A stretch of DNA of 64,000 nucleotides from an uncultured Opitutia bacterium (lineage in GTDB: Bacteria; Verrucomicrobiota; Verrucomicrobiia; Opitutales; Opitutaceae), in NCBI GenBank assembly GCA_903900845.1, contig CAIUOU010000079.1, forward strand, positions 3,264-67,263, in the 5' to 3' direction. Each line of letters starts with the position of its first letter. Within the stretch, counting starts at the first letter, position 1. Made by a program: the position numbers and the translations under genes. The notes beneath the pieces were generated by a model, which saw only the letters and a program-made list of their open reading frames with translations, did not search any database and was not told where the DNA came from. This document shows positions 1 to 8,497 of the stretch, piece by piece.

Positions 1-981
1 GTTCTTGCCGAGACCGGTGCGGTCGAGGTAGTCGAGGACCTCGCCGACGCTGTCGTCGACGCCCTGCACGCACGCGAGGTAGTCCTGCATGTAGCGCTGG
101 TACTTCCATTGCACGAGTTCGCGGCCGCGCAACGTGTGCTTGGAGCCGTCGGGCCGGGTGATCTCGACCTCGGTGGGCTTCGTGTTGAGCCATTGCTGGC
201 GGGCGGGTCCGGGGGCGAGGTCGGCGGGCGGCTCGAGCTTGAGGTCGCGGCGCGTGAGATCCTTGGCGACGGTCTGCTGATTTTCAGGGAGCGCGGCGGG
301 GCGCGTCGCGTAATCGTCCCACAGCGTCGCCGGCTCGGGGATGACGCGGTCCTTGAACAGGGCCTTGTTGCGCGGATCCGGCTCCCAACCACGGTGCGGG
401 GCCTTGTGGTGGAGCATCAGGAAGAACGGCTTGTCCTTCGGGCGCGTCTCGAGGAACTCGATACCCAGCCGCGTCGTGATCTCAGTGGTGTGGCCGGTGA
501 TCGTGACGCGACCCTGCGGCGTGAGGAAGTCGGGGTTGAAGTAGATCCCCTGCCCCGGCAGGATGATCCAGCGGTCAAAGCCCGTGGGCATGCTGCCCAG
601 GTGCCACTTGCCGATCATGCCGGTGTGGTAGCCGCCGGCCTGGAGCATCTTGGCGACGGTGGGCTGGCCGCCGTCGAACACGTTGAAGACCGGCGTGCCG
701 TTGGCGTGGGAGTACTTGCCCGTGAGCAGCACCGCGCGGCTCGGCGTGCAGATGGAGTTGGTGACAAACGCGTGGTTGAAGCGCGCCCCGGCGGCGGCGA
801 GCCGGTCAAGGTGCGGCGTGCGGTTGACCTTCGAGCCGTAGGCGCTGATCGCGTGCTGCGCGTGGTCATCGGAGAAGATGAACACGATGTTCGGCCGCGC
901 GGCGGGAGCCGAAGCAGCGGCGGCGAACACAGCGGCCGGCAGAGCGGCCAGGAGGGTCAGAAGTCGGAGCGGGGTCTTCAT
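1..981 (-). CDS. Sulfatase (arylsulfatase A-like), secreted; 3' end runs off the window start
   Basis: Not in the ORF track because it has no stop in the window. Translated by hand from ATG at 981: MKTPLRLLTLLAALPAAVFAAAASAPAARPNIVFIFSDDH...NSICTPSRAVLLTGKY...GMIGKWHLG. Has a signal peptide, the PNIxxIxxDD motif, the CxPxR formylglycine motif and GKWHLG. Confidence 0.93.
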   Translation of the reverse strand, partial: MKTPLRLLTLLAALPAAVFAAAASAPAARPNIVFIFSDDHAQHAISAYGSKVNRTPHLDRLAAAGARFNHAFVTNSICTPSRAVLLTGKYSHANGTPVFNVFDGGQPTVAKMLQAGGYHTGMIGKWHLGSMPTGFDRWIILPGQGIYFNPDFLTPQGRVTITGHTTEITTRLGIEFLETRPKDKPFFLMLHHKAPHRGWEPDPRNKALFKDRVIPEPATLWDDYATRPAALPENQQTVAKDLTRRDLKLEPPADLAPGPARQQWLNTKPTEVEITRPDGSKHTLRGRELVQWKYQRYMQDYLACVQGVDDSVGEVLDYLDRTGLGKN

Positions 982-1301
982 GCGGGGAACAGCAGCGTGA
1001 GAGCCCTGGTGCGCCGCTGGCAATGCCGCACAAGCTCCAAAGAGCTTTCCGAATCACGAAATTCCCTCGAGCCGCGTTTTCCCTCGGTCACGGAGTTTCG
1101 TCACCTCCGAGGCGAATTGTCGGCGGAGAAACTGTGCTCTGGCGTGTTTCGGAGGCGACGGATCTTCGGGATGGCACCGGCCACATGGGAGGCTTTCAGC
1201 GCGACTATCAGCCTCTACTCAATCCTCGCGCCGGAAGCTATACTTGGCGACCCGACCGGCGCACCCGCCGTTCCGTCCATTTGCTCCGCGGGCCCGCACC
1301 G

Positions 1302-1592
1302 TCAGCGGATTTCGCGCAGGGCCCTAAGGGTGCGAAAGACGTCATAGACCACCTCGCGGATGTCGGCGTAATCCAAACGAAGGCAATCCCCCGCCTCGAG
1401 GTGGTAAACGATCCGGAAGTCCCCCACCCTTAGGCGATAAAACCCCTCCAACTCCCGACGCAGGGGTTTGACGTCCAGACCGCGACTTCTCCCGTCCGCC
1501 AGCGCCTTGAGCTGACGCCGCGCCCGCCGCTTCGCCTCCGGAGGAAGCCCTCGGAGCCAAAGCTGCACCTGCTCAGAGGCCGAAATTCTCAT
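1302..1592 (-). CDS. Type II toxin, RelE/ParE family
   Basis: 96 aa and basic. LEGFYRLRVGDFRIVY matches the RelE-family signature (YRLRVGDYRIVY). Overlaps the upstream antitoxin by 20 bp. Confidence 0.88.
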   Translation of the reverse strand: MRISASEQVQLWLRGLPPEAKRRARRQLKALADGRSRGLDVKPLRRELEGFYRLRVGDFRIVYHLEAGDCLRLDYADIREVVYDVFRTLRALREIR

Positions 1593-1833
1593 CCGCGAGA
1601 TCCAGGTCCTTGTACGGCAAACGCCCGGACCGAGCGGCCTGAATGGCCCGCATAGCCTTGGGATTAGCGAGGAGGTCGAGGGTCTCGATCAACGCCTCGT
1701 AGTCGGCGATTGGAAGCAACACCGCGGTGGGCTGGTCTCGATTCGTGATGAGATAGCTCTGACCCGAATTACAGAGCTTCGGCAACCCGGCCTGCGCCCG
1801 CGACACCGTCAGGGTTCTCTCTGTAACATTCAT
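1573..1833 (-). CDS. Type II antitoxin, Phd/YefM family
   Basis: Start moved to ATG 1833 (MNVTERTLTVSRAQAGLPKL...YLITNRDQPTAVLLPIADYEALIETLDLLANPKAMRAI). ITxxxxPxAVL and YExLxETLxLL are Phd/YefM-like. Lies directly upstream of the RelE-type toxin. Confidence 0.88.
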   Translation of the reverse strand: MNVTERTLTVSRAQAGLPKLCNSGQSYLITNRDQPTAVLLPIADYEALIETLDLLANPKAMRAIQAARSGRLPYKDLDLADENFGL

Positions 1834-1859
1834 GATGATTCTACATAACCTGTTCCGGT

Positions 1860-1874
1860 GGCTTGAAGCAAGCC
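1860..1874 (-). promoter_or_regulatory. Candidate TA operator palindrome (GGCTTG-N3-CAAGCC)
   Basis: Perfect 6-bp inverted repeat 26 bp upstream of the antitoxin ATG. A TAGAAT -10-like hexamer lies on the - strand just before the ATG. Confidence 0.4.
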
Positions 1875-1894
1875 GCGTCACCGGGGAGATCCGC

Positions 1895-4800
1895 CTACCG
1901 CTCCACGTCGAGTGAGAGGATGAACTCGCGGCCGGCCTGGCGGCCGTAGTTGCGGGGGCGCCCGTCGGTGAACACCCGTGTCACGAACAAGCGCTCGGTG
2001 TTGAACACATTGTTCACGTTGAGCTGCAGGCGGCAGAAGGTGCCGTAGGTTCCCCGGAACCGGTAGTTGGTCATCAGGCCGGTGATGACGTAAGCATCGG
2101 ATTGGTACGGCCGGTCGCGGTCGGTACGTACCCGGCCCTTGGAGTCCACCTTGGTGGGAAAACCAATGATGGAGGGACCGCGGTAGCGGAAGTTCGCACT
2201 GACCGAGGCGCCCTTGAGCCGGCCCTCCGAGAAGGTGCGCGTGGCGACGAGACTGGAGCGCCACGTCTGGGCGTTGCCGCCCTGCTCACCGAGGCTCGCC
2301 GCGATGTCGTCGAGCGGCCCCTGGATCAGCTGCGTGAAGGCCGACTCGACCGAACGCGTGGGGTCGTAGGCGGCGTTGGACCAGCTACCCCCGATATTGC
2401 GCCACACCGACTGCTTGGCGGCGATGTAGTCGAGCCAGGGCTGCGCCGAGATGTCGTCCAGCGACGTCTGGGTGCGCCCGAGGTTCCAGAAGACCCGGAA
2501 GTCGCGGGTGGGGTTGAACGTGAGGTCGGCCTCGATGCCGCGGCTGTTGCGGTCGCCCGGGAGGCGGAACTCGCCGACCACCGGGTTGCGAGTCTCCGCG
2601 AACAGCGGATTGATCGGGTAGCGCGCGTCGTTCTGGTACAACTGCTGCTCGAAGAAGATCAGGTTCTGGCGGAGTCCGCTATCGGCCAGGGTGATGTTCC
2701 GATTGAGGGAATTGAAGAAGTTCACCTTCAGGTTGAGGCGGTCGTCGAGCAGCCGCAGGCGCACGCTGTACTCGCGGGACTCGCCGTAGGGGGACTCCAG
2801 GACGGTGCCGTTGACGTCGCGCACGACGGCGACCTCGTTGAGCGAGGCGTTGCGGGAGTAGTCGTAGCCGAACGACAACCAGCGGGAGAGGCCCCACGGC
2901 GGACGCAGCACGACGCCATAGTTGAAACGCGTGGCGGTGCGGTAGGGAGTCCAGACGGAAGGCGGCTCCTTCTCGCGGAAATCGGCGTAGGCGCGGAACC
3001 CGGTGCCGAGGGGATTCTGCGGCGTGGGCGGCCCGTCGGAGAGCACGGGCCGGAAGGAGCCGAAGTTGGAATTGCGCACGCGGTCGTAACGCAAACCGAG
3101 GTTGGCGACGAGGTGGTTGCGAAAAAACGTGCTCGAGGTGGAGGACGCGAGGGAGCCGCGTTGGAGACGATTGGCGGAGGGGGCGGTGCCGACGCCGCCG
3201 ACCGGATTCTCAAAGGCGGTGACACCGAAACGTTCGCCGGAAGCGGTGGTAAACCACATCGTCTCCATGATGTCGCCGTAGGAGCTGAACGCGGAGATGC
3301 CGTAGTCGTGGGGATTACCGCTGGCCCCGAAAGGAGGCAGGTACTGGCGGAGGTACATCACGCGATCGACGTGGAGCGGGTTGTCGCGCGACGCGGCGGA
3401 AAGGAAGCTGGGCTGGCCGATGATCAGGTTGCGCAACTGGGCGAGCGTGTAGGTGGCCGAGTCCTCATAGCTCGCGAACAAGGCCAACCGATGCCGGCCA
3501 AGATGGCGCGTCCAGCCCGCGTTCCGCGTGAAGTCCTGGTCGTGCGTGGCGACCGCCCGGTACTGGTAGAGGAAGAAATCCGCCCAATTCCCCTGTCCCG
3601 CCGAGTTGTTGGCCTCGATGTAGGGACGTCCGTAGAGCGGGTTCGGCGTCGCGCCGTCGGGCATGAACTGGTTGATGTCGACCAGCACGTCGTACTGGTT
3701 GTTCGCGAACAACTGCGCGGTCTGGTTGCGGTAGAACTCGTAGGAGGCGCCCAGCTCCAGGAAGGTCCGCTCGGCCAGACGCTGCTCAATGGTGGCGGTG
3801 AGGTTCCGGCTCCGGCGGAAGTTGTACCGGGACCAGCCCGCCGTGTTGGTGTAAAGAGGAAGTCCCGGATCGACCAGCGTCTGCGTGTTGCCCGCCGTCG
3901 CGCCACCGTCGGCGATATTGAAGAAAACGCTGTTACGCACGTCCTGGAACTGGGTGAACGAGGGCACCGAGTTCTGCGGCAGCACGTAGAGCAACGGTTT
4001 GGTGTTGTACGAATACGCGCGCGAGGTGCCGTCCGACATCACGTAGGTCGGCGCCGGCGGCCGGCCCGCGGCGGCGGCGGAGGACGCGCGGTTCAGGTAG
4101 ACCTGCGGGGTGCCCGCGCGTTGCATCGCGAGCCAGTGCAGGTAACCGCCGTCGCGCGGCAACGTGGTGGTCGGGCGCGCGTCGCGGCGGTGGGCGTATT
4201 CGCCCTCAACGCGCACGGTTGTGCGGCTGAAAGGCTGGTAAGTGAGAGTGACGAAGGCGCGGCGGTTGTCCTCGTAACCCGGCTGGATGAAGAACTCCCG
4301 GTTCTCCCGCAGGGTGGCGACGCGGAGCGCGAGCTTTCGTGGCACGAGCACCTGGCTGGCTTCTAGCACCACCCGCTCGGAGCCGTGGCTGTCGGTCCGG
4401 AGCTGCACGCGCTGGCGGTTGCGCGCGAGGTTGGCGCGCAGGGTCGCGCTCTCGGCGGTGCCGGCGGCCCCGCCGAGGCCGAACTGCACGGCGTTGGCGC
4501 CGCTCACCAGGCTGAAGCGCTCCGTGTTGTAGGCGTCGCTCTCGATCGTGGTGCGGAAATAGTTGCGGGTGCGGTCGACATTGCCGAGGCCGCGCGAGTT
4601 GCCGGAGTCATCAGCAATGTTGCGCGAGCCCGGGCGCGAGTCGCCGCTGCCGTTCACATTGTCGAAATAGGTCTGGGTCGTGGCGGAAAAGAGAAACGCC
4701 TCGTCGGTAGTGTTCGCGCCGATGTCCTCGAGGAACTCCCGCGTGAACACCTGCACCTGGCCGGCGACGTCCGCGAGGTCGATGCGGCCGCGACCACCCT

Positions 4801-4978
4801 GGAGGATGGCGGTCGACTGGTAGCCGCGCTCGGACTCAGCGCCGACCTGGAACGGCGAGAGCACGATGGTTTCGTCGCGGCGATCGGCCGCGGGCGCGTT
4901 GGTGGAGGCGGGCGCCACCTGCGCAAGCGCGGGCGCGACGGTGGTCAGCAGGCAGAAGACGGCACGAAGGCGGAGCAT
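1895..4978 (-). CDS. TonB-dependent receptor (TBDR1), plug + barrel, no N-terminal carboxypeptidase-regulatory-like domain
   Basis: Start moved to ATG 4978, which gives a signal peptide (MLRLRAVFCLLTTVAPALAQ). ETIVLSPFQV is a TonB-box-like segment. The plug motif FSLVSGANAVQFGLGGAAG is present, and the C-terminal strands read LQLNVNNVFN. Confidence 0.9.
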   Translation of the reverse strand: MLRLRAVFCLLTTVAPALAQVAPASTNAPAADRRDETIVLSPFQVGAESERGYQSTAILQGGRGRIDLADVAGQVQVFTREFLEDIGANTTDEAFLFSATTQTYFDNVNGSGDSRPGSRNIADDSGNSRGLGNVDRTRNYFRTTIESDAYNTERFSLVSGANAVQFGLGGAAGTAESATLRANLARNRQRVQLRTDSHGSERVVLEASQVLVPRKLALRVATLRENREFFIQPGYEDNRRAFVTLTYQPFSRTTVRVEGEYAHRRDARPTTTLPRDGGYLHWLAMQRAGTPQVYLNRASSAAAAGRPPAPTYVMSDGTSRAYSYNTKPLLYVLPQNSVPSFTQFQDVRNSVFFNIADGGATAGNTQTLVDPGLPLYTNTAGWSRYNFRRSRNLTATIEQRLAERTFLELGASYEFYRNQTAQLFANNQYDVLVDINQFMPDGATPNPLYGRPYIEANNSAGQGNWADFFLYQYRAVATHDQDFTRNAGWTRHLGRHRLALFASYEDSATYTLAQLRNLIIGQPSFLSAASRDNPLHVDRVMYLRQYLPPFGASGNPHDYGISAFSSYGDIMETMWFTTASGERFGVTAFENPVGGVGTAPSANRLQRGSLASSTSSTFFRNHLVANLGLRYDRVRNSNFGSFRPVLSDGPPTPQNPLGTGFRAYADFREKEPPSVWTPYRTATRFNYGVVLRPPWGLSRWLSFGYDYSRNASLNEVAVVRDVNGTVLESPYGESREYSVRLRLLDDRLNLKVNFFNSLNRNITLADSGLRQNLIFFEQQLYQNDARYPINPLFAETRNPVVGEFRLPGDRNSRGIEADLTFNPTRDFRVFWNLGRTQTSLDDISAQPWLDYIAAKQSVWRNIGGSWSNAAYDPTRSVESAFTQLIQGPLDDIAASLGEQGGNAQTWRSSLVATRTFSEGRLKGASVSANFRYRGPSIIGFPTKVDSKGRVRTDRDRPYQSDAYVITGLMTNYRFRGTYGTFCRLQLNVNNVFNTERLFVTRVFTDGRPRNYGRQAGREFILSLDVER

Positions 4979-5098
4979 GGAGGGAGGGGTTGCGGGACGG
5001 ACCTGACGGGAGGATCCGGCGGCCGCCGCGAACTGTTGGCGCGCGCCGCGATCCGAGTGAAGGCCTATTTCCACTCTCAGGCCGAAGCCCGGCGCCGC

Positions 5099-8000
5099 TC
5101 AGAACTCGAACGACGAGCGCAGGTTGAAGACGCGGCCCTGCGGGGCGACCCATGAGGCGATGGAGCCGTCGGGCTGCGCCATGACCGGCACCAGCTCGTC
5201 ATCGTTGAGCAGGTCCCGCACGTTGAGCTGGACCGACCAGCGGACCCGGTCGCGCCAGATCCGACGCGTGTAGCCGACCCAGCCGTCAAACTTCAGCTCG
5301 GCCGGTCCGAGATAGGGGCGCGTGAGGTCGGGCACGGCGATCGTGCCGCCGTCCTGCCGCACATCGATGATGGGGTAGCCCACCGCGACCTTGTCCTGCC
5401 ACCGCGCGGCGCCGCCCACACTCCAGCCCTGGAGCCAGGTGCCGCGGGCGAACGTGTAATTGCCGATGGCGTTGAAGCGCCAGCGGCGCAGCTCGGAAAC
5501 GGACTGCCCCTCGCGCGCCAAGGTGGCGTTGACCGCGTTCAGCAGGGTCTCGACCACGCGAACGCGGACCGGCTGCCCGGACTCGTCGGCGAGCAGATTG
5601 CCGGTGGCACCCGTGGTCCATTCGCCGATGCGCAGCTTGAGGTACTCGCGGGTCGCGGGGGCGATATTGGCCCGCATGGCCTCCTGCTGGCTGGCGTTGA
5701 AGGCGAGCCGCAGCCGGTTGGTGGGATTGAAGGTCGACTCGAACTCGAAGCCCTTGGAAGTGGCGCTCTCGGTGTCGGACATGTTGCCCGGACGCGCGAA
5801 CGTGACGTTGACGCCGCTGAGCTGCGCGGGGGACGCGACCTGCTGCCAGTTGACGAGCTGCTTGAGGAAGTCGGGCGGCCCCTTGTAGCCCGCCGCGGCG
5901 AGCGCCGCGGGCGTATTGTAGCGGATGATGCGGGCGTCGGTCTCGATTAGGAAGCCCTGGTAGCCGAGCGACGACCGCACGGAGTCGGTCTGGTACCAGT
6001 TGAACTTCGCCTGCAGCCGGCCCTCGAGGAGGGAGAGGCTGAAGCCGCGGTCCTCCGTGAGGCCGCCCGGCGGCATGATGGGCTTGCCGAAGGTATCGAT
6101 GCGGGCACTGGCGGGCTGGAAATTCTCGGAGCGGCTGAAGTGCAGGGAGAAACCGACGGAGCGCGCGAACCGCAGGAACGGCGGCCGCTGCACGACGATC
6201 CCGCGGCTCCAGATGCTCTGCTCGAAGACGGAGTCGGGCCGCGCCGGCAGCCGGAAGGCCGGGCTGGAGGAGTCGAGGAAATTGAAGCGGTCGCGGACGT
6301 CCTGGCCGAGATTGTTGCGGAAATCCTCCACGCGGTCCTTGCGCCAGCCGATGGTGCCCACGATCCACTCCCCCCGCAGCAGGCGCCCTTGGTAGACAAA
6401 GGCCTGGGAGTCGATCTTCTGGCGCCGGATGGAGCCGCCGGTGGCCGTGCGGCTGAACACCTCGTCGTCGAGCACCTGGCTGATCGCGACCGGCCGGGTG
6501 CGCCACTGGCGGGCGGACGAGTCCCAGTGCCAACCGGTGGCGGAGGGCGCGCGCATCTCGGCCTGGATGCCCTTGAGCGCGATCCCGCGCGGACTGGAAA
6601 GCTGGGCGAGGCTCGGCCCGATATAGACCACCGTGCGCACCATGCCCTCCTCGGAGTTGATGTCGTCCCGGCTCGAGGGCGGGTTGACCGTGGCGCGCAG
6701 CGCGCCGACCCAGCCCTCGTCGAGGCTGTTCGCCGACGAGTAGCTCGACTCGTCGAGCTGGTAGCCGCTGGCGAAGCCGGTCAGCTGATGGCGGCCGAGC
6801 CAGTCGGCCCGCGGCGAGACGCGGGCGAAATCGAGCTCGCCGAACGCGGTCGCGCGGACGGACCGGCGGTCGGAGGACGTCGTGCTGCGCGCGTTGTTGC
6901 TGGCGACGAACGGCCGGCCGAAGTTCGGGTTGGGCACGCCCCACGGCAGGGTCGTGTTGACGTCGATGTTGATGTTATAGCCGCGGCCGCCGGGGAACAT
7001 GTCGAAGAAACTGCGCGCCATCGCCTCGCGGCTGAAGGCCGCCTCGGTGCCGAACGAGCCCAGGGAGTAGCGCCACGTGTGCTCGTAGCTCACGTTACCC
7101 GCCTGGAAGCGCTCCCATTCCCGTTTGTTCGGCCCGTCGAGCAGCTCGTTGCGCCAGTCGAAGACGGAGAAATCATTGATCGCGTCGTCGGCGTACGACG
7201 AGCCGCGCTGGATGCCGTAACGGGCCGCGGTCGCGCTCGGGAACCACTGGTCGCCCTTGGTGATTGAGACCATGTTGGCCTGGAATCCGAGCGCCGGACT
7301 ACCTCCGGGCGTGCGCGGTACGCCCACAAGGGTGTTCCACGCGAGCATGACGCGCGCCGGGACGGCGGACGCGGAGGACTCATACACCACGGCGGGCTGG
7401 GCGAACCACTCGCCGGGGGCGCGCAGGATGTCGCGGTCGATCAGGTTGAAGTCCACCGTGCCGGGGCTGTGCGTGACCTTGTTGAACGGCGCCGTCCACC
7501 AGCGGGTGAGGTTGTCGCGCGGGGCATCGCTGCGGGGGCGGTTCGCGTCGACGGCGCCCTTCTCCAGGCTGGCTCGCAGGGAGCCGCCGGGAAAGACCGC
7601 CAGACGCACGGCGGCATAGACGCGGCGGTCCCGCTCATGGGCGAACTTCTGCTGGAATTGCTCCCGCTCATCGAGTCCGGCGACCCGCACGCCAAACCGC
7701 CCCGGAATGAGCACGCGGTCGATGTCCAGCGTGTGGCGCGCGGTGCCGTGGGAGCCGAGGTTGGTCTCGACGCGCGCGGAGTTACGCAGTTCGGGCTGGA
7801 TAAGCTGTGTGTTGATGATGCCACCCGGGCTGCCGAGGCCGAAGAGCGTGGCGTTCGGACCGCGGTTGATCTCCACGCGGGCGGTGTTGTAGCTGTCGAA
7901 GACCGTGACCGTCGGGAAGTAGTCGCGCGTGAGATCGGCCCGGGCGAGCCCGCGGACGCGGTTGTTGTTCTGCGGCTGGCGTGTAACCTCGGTGTAGATG

Positions 8001-8350
8001 GCGGGGCTGCCGATCGAGGCGCCGGAGTAGTTGCCGCCCACCCCGCCCGCCTCGGTGTTGGCGGTGTACACGAGCAGCTCGACCGGATCCGTGGCGTGCA
8101 CGTCGCTCATGAACTCGCGCGTCACGACCGAGATCGGGTTGGCGAGGTCCTTGAGCTCGGTGCGGATGCGGGTGCCGGCAAGCGAGGACGTCGCGGCGTA
8201 GCCGAGGTCCTTCTCGGAGGATATGACGAACGCCGAAAGCTCCACCACCGGATCCCGGGGGGCGGTGGGGGCAGGCACGGACTGGGCGGTAAGCGCGGCG
8301 GCGAGCAGCGGGGCGAACAGCAGGACGGGCAGCGGGGCGGGGTTCTTCAT
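5099..8350 (-). CDS. TonB-dependent receptor (TBDR2)
   Basis: Start moved to ATG 8350 (MKNPAPLPVLLFAPLLAAALTAQ). Contains GYAATSSLAGTRIRTELKDLANPISVVT, the plug motif VEINRGPNATLFGLGSPGGIIN and LNVRDLLN. Ends in F. Confidence 0.93.
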   Translation of the reverse strand: MKNPAPLPVLLFAPLLAAALTAQSVPAPTAPRDPVVELSAFVISSEKDLGYAATSSLAGTRIRTELKDLANPISVVTREFMSDVHATDPVELLVYTANTEAGGVGGNYSGASIGSPAIYTEVTRQPQNNNRVRGLARADLTRDYFPTVTVFDSYNTARVEINRGPNATLFGLGSPGGIINTQLIQPELRNSARVETNLGSHGTARHTLDIDRVLIPGRFGVRVAGLDEREQFQQKFAHERDRRVYAAVRLAVFPGGSLRASLEKGAVDANRPRSDAPRDNLTRWWTAPFNKVTHSPGTVDFNLIDRDILRAPGEWFAQPAVVYESSASAVPARVMLAWNTLVGVPRTPGGSPALGFQANMVSITKGDQWFPSATAARYGIQRGSSYADDAINDFSVFDWRNELLDGPNKREWERFQAGNVSYEHTWRYSLGSFGTEAAFSREAMARSFFDMFPGGRGYNINIDVNTTLPWGVPNPNFGRPFVASNNARSTTSSDRRSVRATAFGELDFARVSPRADWLGRHQLTGFASGYQLDESSYSSANSLDEGWVGALRATVNPPSSRDDINSEEGMVRTVVYIGPSLAQLSSPRGIALKGIQAEMRAPSATGWHWDSSARQWRTRPVAISQVLDDEVFSRTATGGSIRRQKIDSQAFVYQGRLLRGEWIVGTIGWRKDRVEDFRNNLGQDVRDRFNFLDSSSPAFRLPARPDSVFEQSIWSRGIVVQRPPFLRFARSVGFSLHFSRSENFQPASARIDTFGKPIMPPGGLTEDRGFSLSLLEGRLQAKFNWYQTDSVRSSLGYQGFLIETDARIIRYNTPAALAAAGYKGPPDFLKQLVNWQQVASPAQLSGVNVTFARPGNMSDTESATSKGFEFESTFNPTNRLRLAFNASQQEAMRANIAPATREYLKLRIGEWTTGATGNLLADESGQPVRVRVVETLLNAVNATLAREGQSVSELRRWRFNAIGNYTFARGTWLQGWSVGGAARWQDKVAVGYPIIDVRQDGGTIAVPDLTRPYLGPAELKFDGWVGYTRRIWRDRVRWSVQLNVRDLLNDDELVPVMAQPDGSIASWVAPQGRVFNLRSSFEF

Positions 8351-8438
8351 GAAAAGGGTTGGGGCCGCGCGAAGGAGCGGCGGGGGTCGGGGACTGCTTC
8401 CTGGAAATTGGGGAAAGCCCGGCGCCTGTCTAGCGCCC

Positions 8439-8473
8439 AAACGAAGGAGCGGCGGCCACGCGGCCGCCGCTCC
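8439..8473 (-). terminator. Intrinsic terminator after TBDR3
   Basis: 12-bp perfect stem GGAGCGGCGGCC/GGCCGCCGCTCC with a 4-nt loop, followed by TTCGTTT on the - strand, 24 bp after the TBDR3 stop. Confidence 0.75.
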
Positions 8474-8497
8474 CGGTACCGACCAGGATGATGAGGA

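Noticed and set aside
109-1347. 412-aa + strand ORF
   Set aside because: Antisense shadow of the - strand sulfatase (1-981). It has no recognisable motifs and the composition typical of reverse-frame GC-rich DNA.
2102-4366. 754-aa + strand ORF, and similar long ORFs opposite other receptors (e.g. 9734-11473, 16220-17899, 24186-25739, 28811-30991)
   Set aside because: Each mirrors a confident gene on the opposite strand. High third-position GC removes stops from the antisense frame, and the translations are Arg/Gly/Val-rich with no family motif.
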